A stretch of 64,000 nucleotides of DNA from Hyphomicrobiaceae bacterium (GCA_965222775.1 OZ244971.1:1309165-1373164), one strand, 5' to 3'; shown: positions 10,846 to 20,852, counted from the stretch's first letter. Numbers and translations are program-made. The notes: generated by a model not told the origin, from the sequence alone.

Positions 10846-11715
10846 ATGGCAATTTTTCGCTTCGCGCCCAGCCCAAACGGCTATTTGCACCTGGGGCATG
10901 CGTATTCGGCGCTTATTAGTTTCCGGATGGCGCAGCGGATGGGCGGTCAATTTCTTTTGAGAATTGAAGATATCGATAAGGGACGTTCGCGCGAGAAATT
11001 TGTTTCTGCCATATATCAGGATCTTGAGTGGCTCGGTTTGAGATGGCCAGAGCCCGTGTTGCGTCAATCAGAACATATTGCGGACTATGAACAGGTGGGA
11101 CGCCAGCTTGCAGAACTTGGGCTCACTTACCCCTGCTTTTGTACGCGTAAGGAAATCTCAGCGGCGACGGCGCTATCTAGCGGGTTAGATCCTGATGGCA
11201 TGCCGATTTATGCTGGCCGTTGCCGAGGCCTTTCAAAAACAGAGGCTGACAAGCTTAAGGAGGACGGACGTTCGTTCTGTATGCGGCTCAACATGGAACG
11301 GGCGCGCGATCACGCGGTCGGTGTTTTTGGGAGCGACCATCTTTTTTTTTGTGAACTTGATGCGCAGGGTCGCACGCAAGACGTTTTGATTGATCCAATG
11401 CGCTGGGGTGATGTTGTCGTGCAGCGCAAGGATGTTCGGACCAGTTATCATTTGTCTGTTGTTATTGATGATGCGCGCCAAGGTGTGAGCCATGTGGTTC
11501 GTGGTCGAGACCTCTATGAGGCGACAAGCATCCATCGACTCTTGCAACTCATACTTTACATTCAGTCGCCGATTTATCACCATCATGATCTTGTGCTGGA
11601 TCAATCCGGTGCCAAACTTTCAAAAAGCAATCATGCGACGAGTATTCGGAGCTTAAGAGAGAGAGGCTGGTCGCGGGCGGATGTGTTGGACCGGATCGGG
11701 CTTGAGCCTGACTAA
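10846..11715 (+). CDS. gluQ: Glutamyl-Q tRNA(Asp) synthetase (GluQRS, truncated GluRS paralog)
   Basis: 289 aa with the class-I HIGH-like FAPSPNGYLHLGHAYSA motif and a KLSKS motif near the C-terminus. The length fits GluQRS rather than full GluRS. Confidence 0.8.
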   Translation: MAIFRFAPSPNGYLHLGHAYSALISFRMAQRMGGQFLLRIEDIDKGRSREKFVSAIYQDLEWLGLRWPEPVLRQSEHIADYEQVGRQLAELGLTYPCFCTRKEISAATALSSGLDPDGMPIYAGRCRGLSKTEADKLKEDGRSFCMRLNMERARDHAVGVFGSDHLFFCELDAQGRTQDVLIDPMRWGDVVVQRKDVRTSYHLSVVIDDARQGVSHVVRGRDLYEATSIHRLLQLILYIQSPIYHHHDLVLDQSGAKLSKSNHATSIRSLRERGWSRADVLDRIGLEPD

Positions 11716-11818
11716 GATTTAATGAAACCACTGGCGTTTGGGGTGGTGGTGTCGGCGATGGGACCACATATTTTTTCGATGGGCCGTATTTTTTGGATTT
11801 GAATGTCCGGGATTGGAG

Positions 11819-12454
11819 ATGACACGTTTGGACTTCATGCGTTTTCGTACAGTTATTCTGGGCGCTATTTTGGGATCGATCCTAATTGTAGTGCCGGCCT
11901 TTGGTGCACATGCTGTTGAAACCCAATCTGGAACTAGTTTTGGCGAACGACTGGTGACGGCGGCGCGGGACCAGACGGGCTTTCTTGTCATTTATGATCC
12001 AACGTATCGAAAGCTCGACTACCCCATGGGTGATGTTCCCTGGTATTATGGTGTTTGCACAGATGTTGTCGTTCGGGCGTACCGGCAACTTGGCATTGAC
12101 CTGCAAGTTCTTATTTATCAGTCGGGCGTTGGAAGTGGCGACAAAAACATTGACCATCGTCGGGTCAATGTGATGCGCAAGTTTTTTGCGCGAAAAGGGC
12201 GGTCGCTGCCGATCAGCAAAGATCCGAAAGATTACAAACCGGGTGATCTTGTTTCTTATTACGTGCCGGAAGGAACTTTTTCAAAAACGCATATTGCAAT
12301 TGTCTCTGATCGCATGGGGCTTTCAGGGGCGCCCCAGATCATTCACAATCGTGGGCTGGGTGTTTTGGAAGAAGACTGGCTATTTGCTTCCAAAATTACA
12401 GGGCATTATCGATTTGAAACGACACCAAACATAAAAGGTTGGAAAGGCAACTAG
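11819..12454 (+). CDS. DUF1287-family secreted protein
   Basis: N-terminal signal/TM segment, then the conserved DUF1287 core (YDPTYRKLDYPMGDVPWYYGVCTDVVVRAYRQLGIDLQ...). GGAG RBS before the ATG at 11819. Confidence 0.65.
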   Translation: MTRLDFMRFRTVILGAILGSILIVVPAFGAHAVETQSGTSFGERLVTAARDQTGFLVIYDPTYRKLDYPMGDVPWYYGVCTDVVVRAYRQLGIDLQVLIYQSGVGSGDKNIDHRRVNVMRKFFARKGRSLPISKDPKDYKPGDLVSYYVPEGTFSKTHIAIVSDRMGLSGAPQIIHNRGLGVLEEDWLFASKITGHYRFETTPNIKGWKGN

Positions 12455-12698
12455 CTTAAAGAAGAATTGTACTGTCAATTAAAATGCAAAAACAGTTTTT
12501 AAGGTTTATTAGAGAAATTGAAGCGCTTTGAGCCCGTATCATACTTTTTATTAACTGGATTGCGGAATTCTGTTATTGTGGAAATTGGGCTATTGAATCG
12601 GTTTTTTCTATTTTTTGCATTTGCGAAAAATAAGGCTCATTGAAAAAACGGTCTGAAACCGAAACTGGCCTGATCGGAAACTCAACGGTTGGTGTGCC

Positions 12699-13292
12699 GT
12701 GCCTCAAGTTTCGGAATATGTATCTTATTGGGAAATGGTTGCCCTGGCGACGATCGTTGCCGGGCTTTATTTGTTTGTTGTGAAGTTGAGGCTCGTTGCG
12801 GCGGCTGAATTTTGTTTTCGCCGGATTTATTGGGTTTGGTCTTCGTTCCGCAGGTTCTCATTTAATGCAGACGGCCTGGTTTCCTTTCCGCATTCGCTGG
12901 ATTTGAAAGCGCCAATTCTTGCCGATAATGAAAATTTCCGGAAAACGGGCTCTGCAAAAGAAAAATCTGAGAATGCACCTGCATCTGAGACCGTTTCCAC
13001 TATTGGGTGTGAGCGGCTGACCCGGGAAGATCAGTGGAACCGGATTTCCATTTTCCTATCTTGCTCTGTTGAAAGCGCGCGGACGGCAGGCGAGATGCAC
13101 ACGTCGGCTGCCCGTCAGCTGGATGCTGTCGATTATGAATATCTAAAAATGATCGATGAGCTGGGGGCTTTGATGCCTGAAGTGGCTATGGCCCGCGTTG
13201 CTGCTTCACATGCGCAACGTTCTAAGTCGGTTAAAGATCAAATCGGGAAACCGGCGCGCGCCAAAGTGGCGCCTTCCAGCATGGCTGCTTAG
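12699..13292 (+). CDS. Hypothetical membrane-anchored protein
   Basis: 197-aa ORF with one N-terminal TM helix and no recognisable domain. It is preceded by a markedly AT-rich 250-bp region (12455-12700). Codon usage was not evaluated. Confidence 0.35.
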   Translation: MPQVSEYVSYWEMVALATIVAGLYLFVVKLRLVAAAEFCFRRIYWVWSSFRRFSFNADGLVSFPHSLDLKAPILADNENFRKTGSAKEKSENAPASETVSTIGCERLTREDQWNRISIFLSCSVESARTAGEMHTSAARQLDAVDYEYLKMIDELGALMPEVAMARVAASHAQRSKSVKDQIGKPARAKVAPSSMAA

Positions 13293-13363
13293 TTGCGGCG
13301 CTTGCGGCCCAAGATTTTTCTTCACAAACTTTGCTTCTGTTTGAAAATTTGAGCGCCACGCTG

Positions 13364-14670
13364 TCAGGGCGTGGCGTAGGGTGCTGCTTTTTGGGTGGTA
13401 CCCGTTTGCTGCGGCGGAGATTTGGCGACCGAGACAGATGACGGTTGTTGGGTTGCTGGGGCTGGCGAAATAACCCGTGAGCCAAAATTTTGGACCTCTA
13501 AGATTGCAAGGCCACGATGCGATAGGCCGTCATGGGAAAAGCGGATCGGGCCATCAACGCCGTTAAATCCACCGGAGTGGGTTATTCGCTGTGGTGTATA
13601 GCGATTACCGATTTGTGCAGAGGACAGGGTAATTGCAATGTTGACGGCATCGTAGGCGAGGCTTGCGATCCGTGGTGGCGCCTGACCGAAGTTTTGTGCA
13701 AATCGGGCCGAAAAATCACGCCATCCGTGGGGTTCTGGGCTTGGATACCAGCCACCTACAAATGCCTTGTCGCGGCCAATGTTTGGGAATTCCCAGCCGC
13801 CTGTACCGATCAGTCGGACACGAGAAGTGTCTAGGCCCGAGTAGGCAATGAGTGGCCGAGCCTGGGGAGCAGCTTGTCATCGCCAGGCAAGAAGAGAGCA
13901 TCAATCGGGCCACCCAGCTCATAGGATTGTTTGACGATGCCAAAGACTCGCTGGGCCGGTTCTACGTGACCGTTTCCCGATGCCGGGTAGCGTTCAAGTG
14001 TGACGATGGATCCGCCAACCTGTGATACGGCCTGGCGAAATGCGATCTCTACCGTTTGGCCAAATGTGTTGTTGGGAATGAGTGCCGAAAACCGTTTTGC
14101 ACCTGTTGTGGCGGTATAGGACACGATCCGTTCGACTTCTTGGCTTGGCAAAAAGCTCATCAAATATACGCCGTTGCCGGCAACACGTTGGTCATTTGAA
14201 AAAGCAATGACTGGGATGTTGCTGTTTCTGGCGACGCGCGCGGCTCCAGGCACGGCGGTGGCGAACAATGGGCCTAAAATGACTTCAGCGCCTTCTTGAA
14301 TGGCTTCGGTGGCGGCTAATGCGGCGCCGTCGGCGGTTCCTTTGTCGTCCTTTACGATGAGCTGAACGGCTGAATCGGAACGCTCAATAAGCGCCATCTC
14401 GCCGGCCTGCTTCATGGCCTTTGCGATTTCTGCCGTCGCGCCGATGCCAGCCAGCGGCAACAGCAATGCAATGCGCACAGGTTGCTTCTTCGCGCCGGGT
14501 GCACCATCGGTGCCTGGTTGTGATACGGATGCCGTGGAGTTCGAATTGTTGAGATTTGACGCGCATGCGACGAGGGCTGTCGCGATGAAACCTATTCCGC
14601 AGATTGCAAGTAACGTTCGGATCAACGCCCGAGCGCCGTTTCTAGCATGTGCTGTGGTGTCACGGATCAA
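13364..14670 (-). pseudogene. LpoA-like / LivK-family periplasmic binding protein gene disrupted by a frameshift (or sequencing error)
   Basis: The N-terminal 279 aa (signal peptide plus a type-I PBP lobe) stops at 13831. The other minus-strand frame that is open through the stop (the one that reads act-tct-cgt = TSR; not the adjacent 75-aa ORF 13716..13943) continues as TSRVRLIGTGGWEFPNIGRDKAFVGGWYPSPEPHGWRDFSARFAQNFG...LAILEVQNFG. This is the expected C-terminal PBP lobe and ends at 13364. The gene is divergent from rsmI, as lpoA is in E. coli. Confidence 0.6.
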
Positions 14671-14941
14671 GCGGCCGGTCCCCGGTTGGATTGCCGTTTT
14701 TCGCCAGCCCTTTCAGCGCGGGGCTGATTCGCAATTTACTACTTTCTTTGGTTAGACCCTCTTTGCCATCCCGAAAAGAGCAATTGTGCAATTCCAATAG
14801 AAAATGTTTGGCCGGGATGCCCATATAGGTTGTTGAAAGTGTTTCTGTCAGGGCGTCATGTCGCGGGGTCGTCCTGAGTGACATTCTGGTCGTTCCGCAC
14901 CCAAATTTGTTTCACATGTTTTCGCGCAAAGGAGATCGTAT

Positions 14942-15880
14942 TTGGGTCCTCCGATTATTGATTCTAAATCTGAGCATGTTGATGAAGCTGCCATCAAACG
15001 CCTAGGCGTGCACATTCAGGCGCAACTGGAGGCGCTTGCAAGCGAGGCGCTGGCGCCCGGGCTTTACTTGGTCGCGACACCGATCGGGAATCTTGCCGAC
15101 ATTTCGGTGCGCGCTTTGGATGTCCTGATGCGTGCCGACATCGTCTATGCGGAGGACACGCGTACGAGCCGTGTTTTGCTGCAGAAGTATGGAATTAAGA
15201 CTGCGCTAAAGTCTTATCACGAACACAGTGCGGAGCGTGTGCGCGACACAATTCTAAAAAGCCTGAGTGACGGAATGCGTGTTGCATTGATTAGCGATGC
15301 GGGGACGCCTCTCGTCTCAGACCCAGGCTTTAAGCTTGTTCGTAATGCCGTTTCCGATGGCCATCAGGTTTTTTCCCTGCCTGGTGCTTCGGCATCTTTG
15401 GCTGCGCTGACAGTGGCGGGTTTGCCCACGGATTGTTTTTTGTTTTTGGGATTTTTGCCGAATAAATCTGGTGAGCGGCGTTCACGACTAGAAGCGATCA
15501 AAAATTTGTCAGCGACGTTGTTGTTTTTTGAAGTTCCAACGCGATTGGAGCCTATGTTATCTGATCTTTTAGAGGTGCTTGGCGCACGCGATGTGGTCAT
15601 TGCACGTGAACTCACAAAGCGTCACGAAGAGGTTCGTCGGGGGGAACTCGACAAGTTCTCAGAACTACTTGAGGGCATGACGTTAAAAGGCGAATGCGTC
15701 GTCGTCGTTGGTCCAGCGGTAGGGCGCGAAGTGTCGGATGAAGAGATCATCGCTTCACTTGGTGAAGTGCTTAAACATGAGAGCTTGCGAGACGCTGCAA
15801 AGCGGGTGGCAAGTGCGTTCGGTGTTCAGAAGACGCGTGTTTATGAGTTGGGTCTCGCAATAAAGGATGCGAAACGGTAG
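14942..15880 (+). CDS. rsmI: 16S rRNA (cytidine1402-2'-O)-methyltransferase RsmI
   Basis: Tetrapyrrole-methylase-fold motifs (LYLVATPIGNLADIS...ADIVYAEDTRTS). The true start is probably internal to the 312-aa ORF. Confidence 0.85.
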   Translation: MGPPIIDSKSEHVDEAAIKRLGVHIQAQLEALASEALAPGLYLVATPIGNLADISVRALDVLMRADIVYAEDTRTSRVLLQKYGIKTALKSYHEHSAERVRDTILKSLSDGMRVALISDAGTPLVSDPGFKLVRNAVSDGHQVFSLPGASASLAALTVAGLPTDCFLFLGFLPNKSGERRSRLEAIKNLSATLLFFEVPTRLEPMLSDLLEVLGARDVVIARELTKRHEEVRRGELDKFSELLEGMTLKGECVVVVGPAVGREVSDEEIIASLGEVLKHESLRDAAKRVASAFGVQKTRVYELGLAIKDAKR

Positions 15881-16261
15881 GTGATCATGGGCGCGCGGCG
15901 CAACACAGATACTGAGACGCGTCAGAAACGGAATCGGCAGGGCAAGTTCTCTGAATTCGTCGCTGCCATGATGTTGCGTCTTAAAGGGTACCGGATTGTT
16001 GCGCGCCGTTACAAAACACCGGTTGGCGAAGTTGACCTTATTGCTTTGCGTCCGCACCGTGTTTCGTTTGTTGAAGTCAAATACCGCACGACAATGGAGG
16101 AAGCGGAAGCCGCGTTACCGAAACGCCAACGACGGCGGATTCGACAAGCGGCCAAGTTTTGGATGGCGCGCCAGCCCGATCTGCAAGAGTTTGAGCAGTC
16201 CTTTGATCTGGTATTTGTTTTTCCGTGGTCGCTGCCAAAACACTTGAAAAATGCTCTGTAA
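15881..16261 (+). CDS. yraN: YraN family (UPF0102) endonuclease-like protein
   Basis: 126 aa. The (GE)VDLIA...FVEVK pattern is typical of UPF0102. Conserved position after rsmI. Confidence 0.75.
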   Translation: MIMGARRNTDTETRQKRNRQGKFSEFVAAMMLRLKGYRIVARRYKTPVGEVDLIALRPHRVSFVEVKYRTTMEEAEAALPKRQRRRIRQAAKFWMARQPDLQEFEQSFDLVFVFPWSLPKHLKNAL

Positions 16262-16348
16262 CCTGAGGGCATTTTGGCCACGGCCGTGGATTTGTTCTTA
16301 TAATGTTCTTGCTAGGGATTTGTTTGCCTGCTACGTTGGGTTGAGGCC

Positions 16349-17905
16349 TTGGAGTTGTTCGAGGAGCGGCCATTGTACGGGCAGATTGCAACGATCGCGT
16401 TTGTGGGAATTGAAGCACGGCCGGTCGAAGTTCAGGTTCGCATAACGCCGGGGCAGCAGACGTTTGCGATTGTTGGTTTGCCTGATAAAGCTGTTGCTGA
16501 AAGTCGCGAACGGGTGCGAAATGCGCTGCATGCTGTAGGGCTTGGACTTCCTTATAAACATTTGACCGTGAACCTTTCGCCGGCGGATTTGCCGAAGGAA
16601 GGTAGTCATTTTGACGTGCCCATTGCGCTTGCCTTGATGGCCGCAATGGGGGCGATTGCGCCTGATGCCATCTCAGGGTTTGTGGCGATTGGTGAGCTGG
16701 CGCTTGATGGGTCGTTGCGGGATGTGCCGGGTGTGCTGCCGGCGGCCATTGGCGCCAACAGCATGGGCAAAGGGCTTATCTGTCCGGAAGGTGGTGGGGC
16801 AGAGGCTGCGTGGGCCTCGCCTGAGATGGATTTGTTGGCGCCACCGCATCTGTTGTCGCTAATCAATCACTTTAAGGGGTTGCAGATGTTGGCGCGTCCG
16901 GAAGCCAATGTTGACATGGCTGAAACGCCGCTTGCCGATCTTAAAGATGTCAAGGGCCAAGAAAGTGCCAAGCGCGCGCTGGAAGTGGCGGCTGCTGGCG
17001 GCCATAACCTGTTGATGGTTGGTCCTCCGGGGTGTGGCAAATCCATGTTGGCGCAGCGCTTGCCATCGATACTGCCACCGCTTGAGCCAGAAGAAATGTT
17101 GGAAGTCTCGATGGTGCATAGTTTGGCCGGCGAATTAATGGGGGGTCGGTTAAGTACGTCGCGGCCGTTTCGCGCACCGCATCATTCGGCAAGTATGCCG
17201 GCACTTGTTGGTGGCGGATCGCGGCCCAAACCTGGTGAAGTGAGTTTAGCTCATCTGGGTGTTTTGTTTTTGGACGAATTGCCGGAATTCCATCCGCAAG
17301 TTTTAGATTCTTTGCGTCAGCCTTTGGAAAGCGGTGAGACGGTGATTGCCCGGGCCAACCATCGCATTGCTTATCCGTCGCGCATTCAACTGGTGGCGGC
17401 GATGAATCCTTGCAAATGCGGGGAAAGCGCACCTGGTCAAAGTTGTCGACGTGGGCCCAAGTGTGCGGCGAATTATCAAGCACGGATATCAGGTCCGCTG
17501 CGCGATCGTTTTGATATGCAGATTGAGGTGCCGGCGGTGACGGCAGCGGATTTGGTTTTGCCGGAAGCGACGGAAGGCAGCGCTGATGTTCGCGCGCGGG
17601 TGATTGCAGCGCGTGAACGGCAGCGGGAGAGATTTCGTTCGGAGGGCGGTGGGGCTACGGTTAAGGCCAATGCAGAATGCGAGGGCGAACTGTTAGACAA
17701 GATCGCTATGCCAGATGCGGAGGGCGTGGAGTTGTTACGGCAGGCAGGAGATCGCATGGGCCTTACGGCGCGTGGTGTGCACCGGACGCTTCGGGTGGCG
17801 CGCACACTGGCAGATCTTGCGGGCCAAGAAAACGTTGGCCGTCTTCATATTGCAGAAGCGCTCAGCTATCGTGGGGAGACGTTGCAGCAAAAAGAAGCGG
17901 CGTAG
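16349..17905 (+). CDS. comM: YifB/ComM-family Mg-chelatase-like AAA+ ATPase
   Basis: 518 aa with Walker A LLMVGPPGCGKSML, an N-terminal Lon-protease-like domain and a C-terminal ChlI-like domain. Confidence 0.85.
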   Translation: MELFEERPLYGQIATIAFVGIEARPVEVQVRITPGQQTFAIVGLPDKAVAESRERVRNALHAVGLGLPYKHLTVNLSPADLPKEGSHFDVPIALALMAAMGAIAPDAISGFVAIGELALDGSLRDVPGVLPAAIGANSMGKGLICPEGGGAEAAWASPEMDLLAPPHLLSLINHFKGLQMLARPEANVDMAETPLADLKDVKGQESAKRALEVAAAGGHNLLMVGPPGCGKSMLAQRLPSILPPLEPEEMLEVSMVHSLAGELMGGRLSTSRPFRAPHHSASMPALVGGGSRPKPGEVSLAHLGVLFLDELPEFHPQVLDSLRQPLESGETVIARANHRIAYPSRIQLVAAMNPCKCGESAPGQSCRRGPKCAANYQARISGPLRDRFDMQIEVPAVTAADLVLPEATEGSADVRARVIAARERQRERFRSEGGGATVKANAECEGELLDKIAMPDAEGVELLRQAGDRMGLTARGVHRTLRVARTLADLAGQENVGRLHIAEALSYRGETLQQKEAA

Positions 17906-17938
17906 GGTCGTTTGGGTTGTTTTGGGGGCTAGCAGAAC

Positions 17939-18322
17939 ATGGAGTGTTTTGTCCACGAAGGGCGCTACGCGGTTGGGTCGTGTAAATTTTGCTGCAAAGG
18001 CGTGTGTCGTGATTGTGTGCAAGACAGCGATGCAGGTGTTGTATGTTCCCAGGCCTGCGCAACTGAGGTTCAGAATCTGCATATATTAAATACGCAGGTC
18101 TTGAAGGCCTATGGAATCGGCGAAAGTCGTCGATTGGTGTCCGCGCCGCTGCTCGCGTGGGGACTTCCTGGTCTCGCGTTTCTAATCTTCAGTCTTTACT
18201 TCGCTTTCGGAAACGACAGATTTTGGCCAATGACTGTTTATCTTGCGCCGACCGGTTTGATCTTTTTGATCATCGGTATCTACTTTCACTGGCGTAACCG
18301 CAACTCAGGCCTAAATTGCTGA
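17939..18322 (+). CDS. Hypothetical small membrane protein with an N-terminal Cys-rich (zinc-ribbon-like) motif and 2 TM helices
   Basis: 127-aa ORF carrying CKFCCKGVCRDC...C and two hydrophobic helices. No known family recognised. Confidence 0.35.
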   Translation: MECFVHEGRYAVGSCKFCCKGVCRDCVQDSDAGVVCSQACATEVQNLHILNTQVLKAYGIGESRRLVSAPLLAWGLPGLAFLIFSLYFAFGNDRFWPMTVYLAPTGLIFLIIGIYFHWRNRNSGLNC

Positions 18323-18403
18323 GCTTTTTTGCGCCCATGGATAGTGCCACGGAGCGTGATGAGCGACCAAGCTAATTTGGTCGCTCTCAACGGGTGATAC
18401 GGA

Positions 18404-19288
18404 CTACTCCGGCGTTGCGATGCCCTTTTGAATGCAAGCCGCTTCAACAGTGTTGCGCAATAAGCATGCGATGGTCATGGGGCCAACGCCGCCAGGCACG
18501 GGTGTGATAGCACCTGCGACACGCGCAGCCTCATCGTAATTGACATCGCCCACAAGCTTACTCTTGCCATTTGCCGCGGGCACACGGTTGATGCCAACAT
18601 CAATTACAATGGCGCCGGGTTTCACCCAATCGCCGCGCACAAATTCCGGCAACCCAACGGCTGCAACGAGCAGGTCTGCGCCTTTGACAACCTGATGAAT
18701 GTTGCGTGTGCGCGAGTGAGCTATGGTCACCGTACAGTTTTCGCGCAAAAGCAATTGCGCGACGGGTTTGCCGACAATGTTTGAGCGACCAATGACGACA
18801 GCGTTCATGCCTGTTAAGTTTGGTTCGACTGATTTTGCCAAGATGATTGAGCCTGTCGGTGTGCATGGCACCAGTGCGCGTTCGCCAATCCAAAGTTTGC
18901 CGACGTTTACAGGGTGAAAACCATCGACATCCTTGTTTGGGTCGATTGTGTTGAGGATTTTCTCGGAGTTGATGTGTTTGGGCAGCGGTAGCTGAACCAA
19001 GATCCCGTTCACGTCAGGGTTTTGGTTGAGGCTGGTTACGAGGGCCAATAAGTCTGCTTCGCTCGTTTCCTCGGGAAGTTTGTGTTCGATGGAATTCATG
19101 CCCGTTTCAAGGGTTTGTTTGCCCTTGTTGCGCACGTAAACTTGACTGGCCGGATCTTCACCAACGAGGACCACTGCTAAGCCTGGTTGGAAGCCATGTT
19201 GGGATTTTAATGTTTCGACTTGGCGTGCAACGTCAGCGCGTACTTGGGCGGCGACGGCTTTTCCATCAATAACCTTCGCATTGTGCAT
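18404..19288 (-). CDS. folD: Bifunctional methylenetetrahydrofolate dehydrogenase/methenyl-THF cyclohydrolase FolD
   Basis: 294 aa. [16 protein letters not shown]...YVRNKGK...GILVQLPLP...[13 protein letters not shown] matches the canonical FolD pattern. Confidence 0.9.
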   Translation of the reverse strand: MHNAKVIDGKAVAAQVRADVARQVETLKSQHGFQPGLAVVLVGEDPASQVYVRNKGKQTLETGMNSIEHKLPEETSEADLLALVTSLNQNPDVNGILVQLPLPKHINSEKILNTIDPNKDVDGFHPVNVGKLWIGERALVPCTPTGSIILAKSVEPNLTGMNAVVIGRSNIVGKPVAQLLLRENCTVTIAHSRTRNIHQVVKGADLLVAAVGLPEFVRGDWVKPGAIVIDVGINRVPAANGKSKLVGDVNYDEAARVAGAITPVPGGVGPMTIACLLRNTVEAACIQKGIATPE

Positions 19289-19366
19289 CGTTTACGTAGT
19301 CCTCCCGGTCAACTGTCTTTGTCATTGTTGTTGTGGTTTTTAGGCCTCGATCAGGCCATTGGTTTT

Positions 19367-19696
19367 TCATTCTCGTTTAATTCGGGCGCGCAGGCGGTTT
19401 TCTTGTTCTTTAGCATCACCTGAAATGTGCACCGTCTTTAAACGCGATTTTTGTCCCTTAACCAAACCCACCGTGCTTTTAGGGATACCAAGCCATGCGG
19501 CAAGGACTTTCTCAAGGGCTCTATTTGCCGCTCCCTTTTCGGGGACGGCCCGGACCTTGACCTTTAGGGCGGGCCCGTCGGTCGTGGCGATGACGCCGTC
19601 AACCACGTCCGCGGAGGCCCGCGGTGTCAAGCGCACGTCAACATCGATGCCGTTTTTCGCCGACCGGCGCCAGGGCTGCCTTTTGTTGGTCGTCAA
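19367..19696 (-). CDS. YggU/DUF167 family protein
   Basis: 109 aa with the DUF167 signature ...VRAVPEKGAANRAL...LGIPKSTVGLVKGQKSRLKTV... Confidence 0.7.
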   Translation of the reverse strand: MTTNKRQPWRRSAKNGIDVDVRLTPRASADVVDGVIATTDGPALKVKVRAVPEKGAANRALEKVLAAWLGIPKSTVGLVKGQKSRLKTVHISGDAKEQENRLRARIKRE

Positions 19697-19983
19697 GTGA
19701 GCGCTTTCGCCAGGTTGGGAATTAGGACTTGTTGGATGAACATGCAGATGAGGATGAGTACCACCGGGGATATGTCGATAGCGCCAAGGTTGGGGAGGGC
19801 GTTACGGATTGGGCGGAGGAATGGCTCGGTCACAGCGAGTAAAAAATCGTAAATGGATCGGACGAGTGGATTGTAGAGGTTGATGACACCAAAGGCGATC
19901 AACCAACTCATGATGACGCTTGCGATGACAACAATCACAAAAAGATGGATTAAATAGCTGATAAAGCCCAAGAGTTCGATCAT
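19693..19983 (-). CDS. YggT family membrane protein
   Basis: 96-aa two-TM protein immediately upstream of yggU with a 4-nt overlap, the conserved yggT-yggU pairing. Confidence 0.7.
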   Translation of the reverse strand: MIELLGFISYLIHLFVIVVIASVIMSWLIAFGVINLYNPLVRSIYDFLLAVTEPFLRPIRNALPNLGAIDISPVVLILICMFIQQVLIPNLAKALT

Positions 19984-20221
19984 TAGAGATTTCCCGAAGC
20001 CCGTTTTGTTGAGAAACGTGTAGCCCTATGGCGCACTTCCGGCAAGTCTTGCGGCGAAGTCTATTCAATTTTGTTTGCCTTGGCGTGTTGGGGTGTTGGC
20101 GGTGTTGAAGATGGCGTGGAATGAAGCCCAATTTGAATTGGGTCGGGCCTGGCCTGGCGGATTCAACGCATTATGTTTGCACATAATTGTGCCAACTATC
20201 CGTGTGTAGTTTTTTGGTTGC

Positions 20222-20297
20222 GGGGCCGTAGCTCAGATGGGAGAGCGCTGCAATCGCACTGCAGAGGTCAGGGGTTCGATTCCCCTCGGCTCCACCA
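20222..20297 (+). tRNA. tRNA-Ala (anticodon CGC)
   Basis: 76 nt, GGGGCCGTAGCTCAGATGGGAGAGCGCTGCAATCGCACTGCAGAGGTCAGGGGTTCGATTCCCCTCGGCTCCACCA. It folds as a cloverleaf with the G3:U70 alanine identity pair, a 7-nt anticodon loop ATCGCAC and an encoded CCA. Confidence 0.9.
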
Positions 20298-20526
20298 AAC
20301 ACGAAGTGTTTGTTCTTTTTGTCGCACGCCAATTCGCTTTGCTCATGGCTCCGACGGGGCGGTCCATTCATTTGTGCTGCCGATTCACGCCCCGCTCGAT
20401 AGAACGCGGGGCGATCGGAGCACAAGGCCCGGCGCCCGCTTGGGCGCTTTGATCGTGTCCTGTCGTTGTGATTCACATTTAGCATTGAACCCCTGACCTT
20501 GTTTGCTTGATTTGAGGCAAGCCTCA

Positions 20527-20560
20527 AATCAGGTGCTTCAACTCCCCTCGGCTTCACCAT
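20527..20560 (+). repeat. Degenerate duplicate of the 3' half (T-arm + acceptor + CCA) of the upstream tRNA-Ala. Putative att-site scar
   Basis: aatCAGGtGcTTCaAcTCCCCTCGGCTtCACCA aligns base-for-base with tCAGGGGTTCGATTCCCCTCGGCTCCACCA of the tRNA-Ala gene 230 bp upstream. Confidence 0.5.
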
Positions 20561-20852
20561 TATATTGCTCGCGCAAAGCTCACTACGTTCGCTTGCTCCG
20601 CGGGGGCGGGCGAAAGCCCGGGCCGCAGTCGCGGCCTTTGCAGTGCTCGAGGTTTCAACTTTAAAGCCCATTAAGTTGCGCGCAGGGTGCTGTTTGGTGC
20701 GCAAATTATGCCAACACTTCCTAGAGTCGTGTTGGGCAGCGGGCACCTACGCGGGCGCGGGACATATGTACCGGATCGCCTTGCTCGGCTGAAGGTCAAA
20801 ATTTTTTGAACGCCAAACCTATTCGCTCATGGCTTCGATTGCGTGGCGTTGC

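Noticed and set aside
20171-20746. 191-aa minus-strand ORF overlapping the tRNA-Ala gene and its partial repeat
   Set aside because: It overlaps a confident tRNA on the opposite strand, has an Arg/Ala-rich low-complexity translation, and has no homology
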